From Candidatus Xenobia bacterium (GTDB lineage Bacteria > Vulcanimicrobiota > Xenobia > Xenobiales > QWHO01), in assembly GCA_045863235.1 (NCBI GenBank), contig BTUM01000122.1:1-18085 (forward strand): a stretch of DNA of 18,085 nt, given 5' to 3'. The notes under the pieces were generated by a model. That model made no database searches. It was not told the DNA's origin and worked only from the letters and a program-made list of their open reading frames with translations. This document shows positions 7,027 to 15,215 of the stretch, piece by piece. The stretch's first letter is position 1. Each line of letters starts with the position of its first letter. Both the position numbers and the translations under genes were made by a program.

Positions 7027-10000
7027 TTGCTCTGGGCCATCTTCTCAGGGGTCCGCAAGCGCGAGCGTCAGCGTTTCGTCTTCTTCCTGGTGCTCTCGGG
7101 GATGCTCAGCATGGGCCAGACCCTGGGCCTGGCCGGCTCCGAGGCCCTGCTGCTGGCGCGCCTGGGCGCCGAGGCCCTGCCCATGACCTTCATCGCCGCC
7201 TCGATCCTCACCGTGCTGGGCAACTTCCTCTACGCCGTGGGAGTGGACCGCTCCCGAAACGACGTCTACTTCATCAACCTGCTGATGGGAGCGGCCGCCA
7301 CGCTCTGCCTGCTGACGTACGGCTGCATTCGGAACGTGGGCTGGGTGTTTCCCGCCGTTTACTGCTTCTACTATCTCAGCCTGGCCATCTTCACCAACCA
7401 CTACTGGACCTTCACCGGCGACTTCTTCGACACGCTTGCGGCCAAGCGGCTCTTCCCCCTCTTCGTGGTGGGCAGCAGCCTGGGCGGGCTCTCCGGCGGC
7501 CTGGTGGTGATCTTCAGCTCGCGCTACCTCCCCCCGCAGTATCTGCTCTTCTTCTGGGCTTTGCTCTGCCTGGTGGCGGCAGCCCAGCTGCGCCTGTATC
7601 GTCGTCGGCTGCGGCGCTGGGGCCCGCTGGAGCTGGAGGAAGCCGACGAGACCTCGCTGGAGGGCATCAAGGCCGCAGTGCGCTATCTGCGCCAGTCCGC
7701 GCTGGGTCGCTGGACGGTGATCTCGGCCCTGACCATGGTGCTGGCGGTGTTCGTCAGCCAGTACCTCTACTCCGACATCATGGTGCGCCGCTTTCCCCGG
7801 GCCGACGAGCTGGCCATGTTCTTCGGCATCTACCTGGCTGTCAGCAACGTGTGCGAGATCCTGGTGGAGGTGGTGGTCACCCCCTGGCTGATCCGCCGGG
7901 TAGGGGTGGCCCGGGCCAACCTTCTCCACCCCTCGCTCACGGTGGCCTCCTTCCTGTTCCTTTACCTGCGCTGGGGCCTCTTGACCCCGGCGGTGGTGGC
8001 CCGCTTCAACCGCGAGTCGCTCGAGAACGCCCTGGCCGCGCCCGTGCGCTCGCTGGTCTACAACGCCCTGCCCGCCCGCTTCCGAGGGCGCATCCGGGCC
8101 TTCCTGGAAGGCATCGTCGTCTATTCGGGCATGACCATCGCGGGCATCTCCCTGCTGGTGCTGAGCGACCGGATGGGGCCCAAGTGGCTCTGCCTGGCAG
8201 GGGGTGGACTGGCGCTGCTCTACCTGGTTGCCAACCTCAGGGTGCGCAGCGAGTACCTGCAGACCCTGGTCACCGAGCTACGGGAGGGCCGCCTCGATCT
8301 GGCCGACGTGGGCACCGACATCGGGGCCGAACGACTCATCGAGCTGTGGAACGCCCTCTTGCAAGAAGACTACCAGCACCCCTCGCGCGCCCTGCTGCAG
8401 ATGGCTCCGGTGCTGGCCCAACGAGCGGTGCTCGAGCCGCTGCGCCAGGGTCTGCAGCACCCCGATCCGCGCTTGCGGGCGGCCTGCGCCGAAGCGCTGG
8501 GCCTGTCGCAGGGAGTGGCGGCCATACCCGAGCTGCTCAAGGCGTTGCAGGACAGCGATGCCAGCGTGGCGGTGGCGGCCCTGCGCACATTCAGCCCCCC
8601 GATGGTGCGCCGCGAAGAGGTGCGCTCGGTGCTGCGCCGGCTGATGACCAGCGAGCATGCCGAGCTGGCCGCCCGCTCAGCTCACCTGCTCGGCTCGGAG
8701 GGTCGCAGCCGGCTGGTGGAGCTGGTGCAGAGCCAGAACATTCCCCAGGCGGCGGCCGCCCTGGAGTTCTTGCCCGGCGACCTGGCCGAGCTGGCCCTGG
8801 GGCGGCTGAACGAAGAGGAGCCGGCTATCCTGGCCGCGGCCCTGGAGGCGGTGGCCCGGCTGGATACCCCGGTAGAACTCGATCTGGAGCGCGTAGCCAC
8901 CCTGCAGCACCACTCTGACCTGTCGGTGCGCCTGGCGGCGGTGCGCTGCCTGGGGGGGCAGGGGCAGGACTCGGTGCAGAGCCTGGTGCTGGTGGCCAGC
9001 GCCCTGGGCGACCCGTCCCTGGACGTGCGCCGGCTGGCGGCCGAAACCCTGGGCAACGTCCGGGCCGAGGTCGTGAACGTGGTCGAGCCCTACCTGCACG
9101 CCCACCACCTGGCCACCGTCGAGGCGGCCGCCCAGGCTCTGGCAAACAACGGCTCGCCCCGCTCGCGCGAGGTGCTGGCACGCGAGTTCCGCTCGCGGGT
9201 GGAGGCTTCCTGGCGCAATGTCCTGGCCCTCCACGTGCTGCCCGAAAATGAGGAACTGACCCTCCGCTTCCTGCGCGCCGCCTACGAGGATGCCGCCAGC
9301 AAGAACCGCCGGCTGGCCTTCCGCATGCTGGAGAACCTGGAGAGCTCCAAGGTGATCCGCAGCGTGGAGAAGGTGCTCCGCTTTGCATCCTCGCGAACCC
9401 GCTCGGATGCGTTGGAGGTGCTCTCCAACCTCGGCGACCGCAAGGCTTCCCACCTGCTGGTTCTGCTGCTCGAGGATGGGGCGCTGGAGGAGAAGTTGCC
9501 CCAGCTCAACCTGCCCACTTACAAGGATGCCGAGGAGGTCGTGGCCGAGGCCAGGAGCTCGGACAACCAGTGGTTGCGTCTGGCGGCAGGCACCCAGAGC
9601 CGGACGGGAGAACCTTCCGCGCGAGAAGAGAAGATGGAACGCCTGCTCGTACTCCGCAAAGTGCCCCTGTTCGCCCACATGACGCTGGAGCAGTTGGAAG
9701 CGATCAACCAGCTCGTGACCGAGGAGCAGTACCTGGCGGGCGAGCTGATCTTCCGCGAAGGGGACGTGGGGGGTGAGCTGTATCTGCTGGTGGAGGGCGA
9801 GGTGGCCGTGGTCAAGAGCCACGGCACGGCCAGCGAGCTGGTGCTGACCACCCTCAAGGGGGTGAGCTACTTCGGCGAGATGGCCATCCTGGACGACGAG
9901 CCGCGCAGCGCCACCATCAAGGTCGTCAAGGACGCCCGCGTGCTGGCCCTCAAGGGCGACCGCTTGAAAGAGCTGGTGCTGCAGATGCCCGAGATCGCCT

Positions 10001-10095
10001 TCGAGATCTTCAAGGTGCTCACCCAGCGCATCCGAAGCTCGGACCAGCGGCTCGACCAGATGGCCAAGAAGCAGGTCGCGGCCGGCCAGGCTTGA
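7027..10095 (+). CDS. NTT/TLC (ATP/ADP translocase-like) membrane domain fused to HEAT repeats and a C-terminal cyclic-nucleotide-binding domain
   Basis: About 12 hydrophobic segments with AKRLFPLFVVGSSLGG and LVYNALPARFRGRIRAFLEG; HEAT-like units (LQHPDPRLRAACAEALG, LGDPSLDVRRLAAETLG); cNMP domain IFREGDVGGELYLLVEGEV...FGEMAILDDEPRSAT. Start placed at in-frame TTG 7027, 2 nt after the yraN stop. Confidence 0.88.
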   Translation: MLWAIFSGVRKRERQRFVFFLVLSGMLSMGQTLGLAGSEALLLARLGAEALPMTFIAASILTVLGNFLYAVGVDRSRNDVYFINLLMGAAATLCLLTYGCIRNVGWVFPAVYCFYYLSLAIFTNHYWTFTGDFFDTLAAKRLFPLFVVGSSLGGLSGGLVVIFSSRYLPPQYLLFFWALLCLVAAAQLRLYRRRLRRWGPLELEEADETSLEGIKAAVRYLRQSALGRWTVISALTMVLAVFVSQYLYSDIMVRRFPRADELAMFFGIYLAVSNVCEILVEVVVTPWLIRRVGVARANLLHPSLTVASFLFLYLRWGLLTPAVVARFNRESLENALAAPVRSLVYNALPARFRGRIRAFLEGIVVYSGMTIAGISLLVLSDRMGPKWLCLAGGGLALLYLVANLRVRSEYLQTLVTELREGRLDLADVGTDIGAERLIELWNALLQEDYQHPSRALLQMAPVLAQRAVLEPLRQGLQHPDPRLRAACAEALGLSQGVAAIPELLKALQDSDASVAVAALRTFSPPMVRREEVRSVLRRLMTSEHAELAARSAHLLGSEGRSRLVELVQSQNIPQAAAALEFLPGDLAELALGRLNEEEPAILAAALEAVARLDTPVELDLERVATLQHHSDLSVRLAAVRCLGGQGQDSVQSLVLVASALGDPSLDVRRLAAETLGNVRAEVVNVVEPYLHAHHLATVEAAAQALANNGSPRSREVLAREFRSRVEASWRNVLALHVLPENEELTLRFLRAAYEDAASKNRRLAFRMLENLESSKVIRSVEKVLRFASSRTRSDALEVLSNLGDRKASHLLVLLLEDGALEEKLPQLNLPTYKDAEEVVAEARSSDNQWLRLAAGTQSRTGEPSAREEKMERLLVLRKVPLFAHMTLEQLEAINQLVTEEQYLAGELIFREGDVGGELYLLVEGEVAVVKSHGTASELVLTTLKGVSYFGEMAILDDEPRSATIKVVKDARVLALKGDRLKELVLQMPEIAFEIFKVLTQRIRSSDQRLDQMAKKQVAAGQA

Positions 10096-11612
10096 GCCGC
10101 ACCTTCCGCTACCCCTGGTTGCCGGTCGCCATCCTGCTGACGGTTGGGTGGCTGGCTCTGGTGTGGAGCCGGCAGCTGGCCCACGGCCTGACCCACTTCC
10201 CCTCTCGGGCCCCGGCCATGAAGGTCACCACCACCCACACCGAGCCGATGGTGTCGCAGGTCGTGCTGGTGGTGGCTCCAGGGCTGCGAGTGTCCGACCC
10301 GAAGAGCATGCCGGGCTGGCAGGAGCTGGCCAGGCTGGGAGCTTCGGGCCAGCTGCGAGCGGTCCAGCCGACCTTTGCCTGGCCCAACCTGGCCGCCATC
10401 GCCACCGGCGCCCCGCCCTGGATGACCGGCGTGCTGACCGACCTGCACGCGGGAGAGGCGGGCGGCGAGAGCCTCTTCAGCCGTCTGCCCACGGCGGTGG
10501 TGGGCTCGTTTGCCTGGGATCGGCTCTTCCCCGGCCAACTGGCCCGATCGGCCGCCTTCGCCGACGACATCGGCGACCCCGACCGCACCCAGCGCGCCCT
10601 GCACTGGATCGGGGAGGGTTTCGAGCTGGTGGTGGTCGAGTATGCCTCCCAGAACCCGGCCTCCATCGACAGCCAGCTGGTCGAGCTGGGCCGCGGCCTG
10701 GACTTCTCGCGCACGGCCCTGCTGGTGGTCTCGCCCCACGGGCGCACGGCCCGCGGCGGCCGGGGCGGCAACGAGAGCGAGGTGGTCAACGTGCCCGTCC
10801 TGCTGGTGGGCGGACCTGCCACCGAAGGAAGCAAGCTGACCGGCAGGATGGTGGACGTAGCCCCCACCGTCAGCGCCCTGCTGGGTATTCCCCCTCCGGC
10901 CCACAGCCTGGGCCAGCCCCTGGTGGGGCCGCCCGCGCTGCGCGAGCTCGCCCGCCAGCGCCAGTTGGAGCTGGCCGACGCCTGCCTGTCCCGTTATGGA
11001 CTGGCTCGAGGCAGTGGCGATCCGGTCTCCGAGCTCTTGACGAAGCTGGAGGGATACGAGCAACGCGGCCGGGTGTTGCGCCTGGCCGCGCTGATCGTGG
11101 TGCTGGTCGCGCTGGCCGTCCTGATGGTCCGCATCGACCGCCGCCAGGGACTGAAGGTGATGGTGCTGGCCCTGCAATGGGGAGCGCTGGTTGCCCTGAG
11201 CTGGAACCTGGGCTACCTGGTGCTGATCGGCCCCTACTCCCCCAGCCGGCTGACCAGCTGGTCAGAGGCCCGCCTGCTGGGCCTGTTCTGCGCTCTCCTG
11301 GGCTTTGCCCTGGTGCTGATCGCCGCCGGCCTTCGGGGGGCCCTGCGCGAGCCAGGGCGCCCGGCTTCGGGAGGGCTGGGAGTGGCCGCGGGCACGGTCG
11401 CCTTCATGAGCATTCAGGCGCTGCTCTACGGCGTCTTCTACGGATTTCCCCGGCTGGTGGCGGTGCCTCGGGCCGACTTCACCATGGCCCTGGCGGCCCT
11501 GCTGGCCGGGCTCGTCGGAGTCTGCCTGGCCGCCCCCCTCACGCCCTGGGTCTCGCGCCTGGCCGGACGCTGGCCGATTCGCAAGGGGAGCTTCGGCAAA
11601 GTAACGGCCTAG
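10092..11612 (+). CDS. Membrane protein with a degenerate alkaline-phosphatase-superfamily (phosphodiesterase / phosphoethanolamine-transferase-like) domain
   Basis: N-terminal anchor; VVLVVAPGLR, PTFAWPNLAAIATGAPP..TGV, LLVVSPHG...GGRGG.E.EV.NVPVLLVG and DVAPTVSALLGIPPP; about five C-terminal TM helices; TTGA 4-bp overlap with the upstream gene. Confidence 0.8.
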   Translation: MSRTFRYPWLPVAILLTVGWLALVWSRQLAHGLTHFPSRAPAMKVTTTHTEPMVSQVVLVVAPGLRVSDPKSMPGWQELARLGASGQLRAVQPTFAWPNLAAIATGAPPWMTGVLTDLHAGEAGGESLFSRLPTAVVGSFAWDRLFPGQLARSAAFADDIGDPDRTQRALHWIGEGFELVVVEYASQNPASIDSQLVELGRGLDFSRTALLVVSPHGRTARGGRGGNESEVVNVPVLLVGGPATEGSKLTGRMVDVAPTVSALLGIPPPAHSLGQPLVGPPALRELARQRQLELADACLSRYGLARGSGDPVSELLTKLEGYEQRGRVLRLAALIVVLVALAVLMVRIDRRQGLKVMVLALQWGALVALSWNLGYLVLIGPYSPSRLTSWSEARLLGLFCALLGFALVLIAAGLRGALREPGRPASGGLGVAAGTVAFMSIQALLYGVFYGFPRLVAVPRADFTMALAALLAGLVGVCLAAPLTPWVSRLAGRWPIRKGSFGKVTA

Positions 11613-11684
11613 CACAACAGACTGTGTAGCTGGCTGATGCCCTACACGGAGCTCTGCTTCGACACCACAACCGGCCTGCTAGCA

Positions 11685-11710
11685 GCGCAGCCGCGGTTTT
11701 CCGGCTGCGC
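11685..11710. terminator. GC-rich hairpin between convergent genes, possible terminator
   Basis: GCGCAGCCG (11685-11693) and CGGCTGCGC (11702-11710) form a perfect 9-bp stem, but there is no flanking U-tract. Confidence 0.35.
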
Positions 11711-11736
11711 GACGCCAGGACCAAAGGATTTGCACT

Positions 11737-13335
11737 CTAGCCAGGCGGGGCGGGTTGAGCCACCAGGTGGCGCACGTCGGGCGGCTCCTCGAGCAAGGTC
11801 CTGATGTGGTTGATCAGCTCCCTGTCCGAGACGGTCAGTCGCTCGTGCTGACGCAGGTGCTCGAGCCAGGTTCCCGAGAGGAACAGCTCCCAGTGCACCT
11901 CGGGCCGGGTCGGCTCGACGAACAGGGCCCACTCCAGTGCTCCCCCGCGCAGCCTTTGCAGGCGCAGCGCCGCCATCTGAGCGTGGAATTCCTCCAGGGC
12001 GTCCTGACGGACGCGATACTCCACCCGGACCAGCACCGGCCCCTGGCCGTACTCCAGCTCGAAGTCGTGCCCCTGAGCAGCCTCCGGCACGGGATAGTGA
12101 CGGCTGGGGGTCAGGTTGATCTTGGGGTCCCCCTCCAGCCGGTCGCGTCGGACCAGGACCAGGCTGATGAGGAGCCCGGCGCTGGCAGCTCCCAGGGAGA
12201 CCTGTACGCCCAGTCGGGTGGCCACCAGGCCCCAGAGCGCGCTGCCGGCCGCCAGGCAGCCGAAGAAGACCACCAGGTAGACGGCCAGGGCCCGGGCCCG
12301 GACCCAACCGGGCAACAGGGTCTGGGCGGCCACGCCGAAGCCGGACATGGTGGTCAGCCAGGCCCCTCCGGCCACGGCCATCACCAGACACACCAGAGCC
12401 GGGTGGCGCAGGCTGGAGAGCGCGGCCATGACCGCGGCGAAGACCAGCGTGGCCAGCCCCAGCAGCTTGTTGAGCGAGAACTTGCGCCGCAGCCTGGGCA
12501 TCATGAAGGCAGCCAGCACGGCCCCCAGGCCCATCGAGCCCATGACCAGCCCGTAGCCGCCGGCGCTGAGCCCCATCTCGCGGCGGGCGATCAGCGGTAA
12601 GAGCGCCCACATGGCCGCGGCCCAGGGGAAGAAGGCCAGCGCGCGGCGCAGCACACCGCGGAAGGCCGGCGAATAGCGCACGTAGCGCAGGCCCACCCGC
12701 ACGGCCGCAAACCAGCGCTCGGCCGGCAGGGCCTGCGGCTTGACCGGTCGATGCCAACGCGCCAGCACCACCAGGATGCCTCCAAAGGTGACGGCGTTGA
12801 AGGCGAAAGCCGCCGCCGGGCCCTGGCTGGCCACCAGCAGCCCGCCCAGGGCCGGCCCGACGGTGCGGGCCAGGTTGATGCTCAGTCCGTTCAGGGCGAT
12901 CGCCGGAGCCAGCTGGTCCGGTTTGACCAGCTCGGGCAGCAGGGCCTGCCAGGCCGGCATGCTGAGGGCCGAGCCGAGCGCCAGGCTGGCAGTGGCCAGC
13001 AGCAACAGAGCCGGGGTGGTGTGACCCATGGCCGTCACCAGACTCAGGAGCACTGCCGAGAACAGCATCCAGAGCTGGGCTCCCAGCAACAGGCGGCGCC
13101 GATCCACCACGTCGGCCAGGGCACCGGCCGGCAGGGCCAGCACGAAGATGGGCAGGCTGGTGGCCGCCTGCACCAGCGACACCCAGAGCGGTGAGGGCGT
13201 CAGATCGGTCATCAGCCAGGAGGCGCCCAGGTCGTGCACCCACGAGCCCAGGTTGGATCCGAGCCCCGCCAGCCAGAGCAGGCGGAAGACCCGGTTGGAG
13301 AGCGGTGCCCAGGGGGACTCGGTGGATTCGGCCAT
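11737..13335 (-). CDS. MFS transporter (MFS_3/DUF894-like) with a C-terminal soluble domain
   Basis: FRLLWLAGLGSNLGSW, motif A GALADVVDRRRLL, PAWQALLPELV, NLARTVGPALGG; tail GPVLVRVEYRV...WLEHLRQHERLT typical of this family. Confidence 0.93.
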   Translation of the reverse strand: MAESTESPWAPLSNRVFRLLWLAGLGSNLGSWVHDLGASWLMTDLTPSPLWVSLVQAATSLPIFVLALPAGALADVVDRRRLLLGAQLWMLFSAVLLSLVTAMGHTTPALLLLATASLALGSALSMPAWQALLPELVKPDQLAPAIALNGLSINLARTVGPALGGLLVASQGPAAAFAFNAVTFGGILVVLARWHRPVKPQALPAERWFAAVRVGLRYVRYSPAFRGVLRRALAFFPWAAAMWALLPLIARREMGLSAGGYGLVMGSMGLGAVLAAFMMPRLRRKFSLNKLLGLATLVFAAVMAALSSLRHPALVCLVMAVAGGAWLTTMSGFGVAAQTLLPGWVRARALAVYLVVFFGCLAAGSALWGLVATRLGVQVSLGAASAGLLISLVLVRRDRLEGDPKINLTPSRHYPVPEAAQGHDFELEYGQGPVLVRVEYRVRQDALEEFHAQMAALRLQRLRGGALEWALFVEPTRPEVHWELFLSGTWLEHLRQHERLTVSDRELINHIRTLLEEPPDVRHLVAQPAPPG

Positions 13336-13493
13336 GCTGGGCGGGGCCTTCGGGTCGAAAGGATGGGTCCCTCCGGGCCAATCGGCTTGCGCAGGAGTCT
13401 GCGTGGTGGAGGAGCCACCAGCGAGGCGTCGCGAATCGCCTCTCGCGGTTTCCTGGGCAGGTGCACCTGGCGGGGCTGCGAAACTGTTTCCTT

Positions 13494-13721
13494 ATGGTAA
13501 GCATCCGATATTGCACGCGCTGAGGCTACGAGGCGCGGGCCGCCCGGGTGGCGGCCCTGATCCAGGAAAAGCTTGGCCTGTCGGTCGAGCTCATCAAGTC
13601 CAGCGGCGGGGAGTTCTCGGTCCAGGTGGAGGGACGCACCGTCGCCAAACGGGGCCTGCTCACCTTCCCCTCCGACCAGAAGTGCCTCGAGGCGGTGCGC
13701 AAGGCCACCCTGGCCCCCTGA
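13494..13721 (+). CDS. SelW/SelT/SelH (Rdx) family selenoprotein, 75 aa, CxxU motif with UGA at 13521-13523 read as Sec
   Basis: Read-through translation MVSIRYCTRUGYEARAARVAALIQEKLGLSVELIKSSGGEFSVQVEGRTVAKRGLLTFPSDQKCLEAVRKATLAP has the Rdx pattern IxYCxxU-GY..RA, GGxFxV and FP. Absent from the ORF track. Confidence 0.92.
13537..13557 (+). promoter_or_regulatory. Bacterial SECIS-like hairpin
   Basis: GGGCCGCC-CGGGT-GGCGGCCC: perfect 8-bp stem beginning 13 nt after the in-frame UGA, with a 5-nt loop that has G at its second position. Confidence 0.75.
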
Positions 13722-13748
13722 CTCCCACTCGGCCGCAGGAAAGTCCGA

Positions 13749-15215
13749 TCACGGTTCGGCTGGAGCGGCCTCGAGGCGAGGCTCGGCTGAGCCTGAAGCG
13801 GCCTCTTCGCAACAGCGCGCGCTGAGGAAGAGATAGAACACACCGGTGAGGGCTCCCACCGAGACGAACCAGGGGAAGGCCAGCTCGGTATTGAGTTTCA
13901 GGCCCACCACCGCGGCGATGGAGAGGGGCAGGCTGAAGACCGCCAGCCGATCGGGCGGGCGACGGCGAAAGGCCAGCGCGTAGGCGAACACGGCCAGCAG
14001 GGCGCCATAGAAGTACGTTCCGATCTCCAGGCCCAGGGGCAGCAGGCGCTCCACGTTCTGGGAGGCGACCGCTACCCCCGCCAGGGCGGCGCAAAAGCCC
14101 ACGCTGGAGAGACGGGTGGCCCGCAGATAATGGGCCTCGGAGCGACCGCGGGCCAGATACGGCTGGTAGACGTCCACCACGAACGACCCCGCCAGCGCCG
14201 TCAGGGCCGACTGGTAGCTCGACAGCACCACCGAGAGCACGGCGGCGATCAAGAGGCCCGACAGGCCCGGGGGGAGCGCGGTCAGGATGAAGTGGGGGAA
14301 GACCTTGCGCGCGTCCGTCCCGAGGGTGGGGTCGGGGTGCAGCTGGTAGTAAGCCCAGAGCAACGAGCCGATGGTCAGGAAGACCAGCGCGATGGGCACG
14401 TCGGCCACCCCTGAGCCGACCACGGCCAGGCGGCTGCGCCGGCTGTCTCTGGCCGTGAGCATGCGCTGTACCATGTCGTAGTCGGTGCCGAAGATGGCCG
14501 TGTTGGTCAGGGTCGTGCCCAGCACCCCGGCCCAGAAAGTGAACTCGATGCGGGGATCGAGCGAGAAGTTGAAGACCCGCAATCGCTCGGGGGGCAGGGC
14601 GGCGGCCCAGTCGGAAGGCAGGCCGCTGAGGAGATAGCCCACCGCGGCCGTGGCTCCCACCAGCATCACGGCCACCTGCAGCACCTCGGTCCAGATCACC
14701 GCTCGGATGCCGCCGGCCACCGTATACACCAGCCCCAACAGGGCCACCAGCCCCACCGCCGTGGTGGCCGAGAGGCCCAGGGCCAGTTGCAGGATCAACG
14801 CTCCGGCAAAGAGGCGCACCCCGCTCATCAGGGTGCGGGTCACCAGAAAGACCAGCACGGCCAGGTTGCGGGTGCGCGGGCCGTAAGCCTGGCTCAGGAA
14901 CTCGTAGATCGAGACCACGTTCTGGCGGTAGAAGGCGGGCACGAAGTAGAGGCCCACCAGCAGGCGGCCTCCGATGGCCCCCAGCACGATCTGGAGGTAA
15001 GTCCAGTCCCCCGTGTAGGCCAGGGCGGGCACGCCCACGAAGGTCAGGGCCGAGATTTCGGTGCCGATGATGGAGAGCAGCACGGCCCACCAGGGTAGCT
15101 GGCGGTCGCCCAGCAGGTAGCTGCGAGCGCTGGCCTGGCGCTGGCGAACCCCCCAGCTGATCAGCCCCAGAACCGCGAAGTAAGCCAGCAGGATGCCCAG
15201 GTCAAGCGGGCGCAG
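13749..15215 (-). CDS. Sodium:solute symporter (SSS/SLC5) family transporter, probable CTG start
   Basis: Frame extends upstream of the ORF-track start as LRPLDLGILLAYFAVLGLISWG...SYLLGDRQLPWWAVLLSIIGTEISALTFVGVP; also YTVAGGIRAVIWTEVLQ, DYDMVQRMLTA and LPPGLSGLLIAAVLS. Confidence 0.92.
   Translation of the reverse strand: MRPLDLGILLAYFAVLGLISWGVRQRQASARSYLLGDRQLPWWAVLLSIIGTEISALTFVGVPALAYTGDWTYLQIVLGAIGGRLLVGLYFVPAFYRQNVVSIYEFLSQAYGPRTRNLAVLVFLVTRTLMSGVRLFAGALILQLALGLSATTAVGLVALLGLVYTVAGGIRAVIWTEVLQVAVMLVGATAAVGYLLSGLPSDWAAALPPERLRVFNFSLDPRIEFTFWAGVLGTTLTNTAIFGTDYDMVQRMLTARDSRRSRLAVVGSGVADVPIALVFLTIGSLLWAYYQLHPDPTLGTDARKVFPHFILTALPPGLSGLLIAAVLSVVLSSYQSALTALAGSFVVDVYQPYLARGRSEAHYLRATRLSSVGFCAALAGVAVASQNVERLLPLGLEIGTYFYGALLAVFAYALAFRRRPPDRLAVFSLPLSIAAVVGLKLNTELAFPWFVSVGALTGVFYLFLSARCCEEAASGSAEPRLEAAPAEP

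Noticed and set aside
11712..11721. Exact 10-bp match ACGCCAGGAC to positions 1-10
   Set aside because: Too short to exceed chance in GC-rich sequence, and it does not extend.
11642..13516. 624-aa minus-strand ORF and similar long Arg/Pro/Gly/Ala-rich ORFs (10148..11629, 13660..15090, 7851..8918, 9867..11177)
   Set aside because: Alternative-frame or antisense shadows of well-supported genes, expected in high-GC DNA; no recognisable motifs.
13521..13523. UGA as a nonsense mutation or genome-wide UGA reassignment
   Set aside because: Other genes here end properly at TGA (for example 3777 and 10095), and this UGA sits at the CxxU position with a downstream hairpin, which fits Sec.
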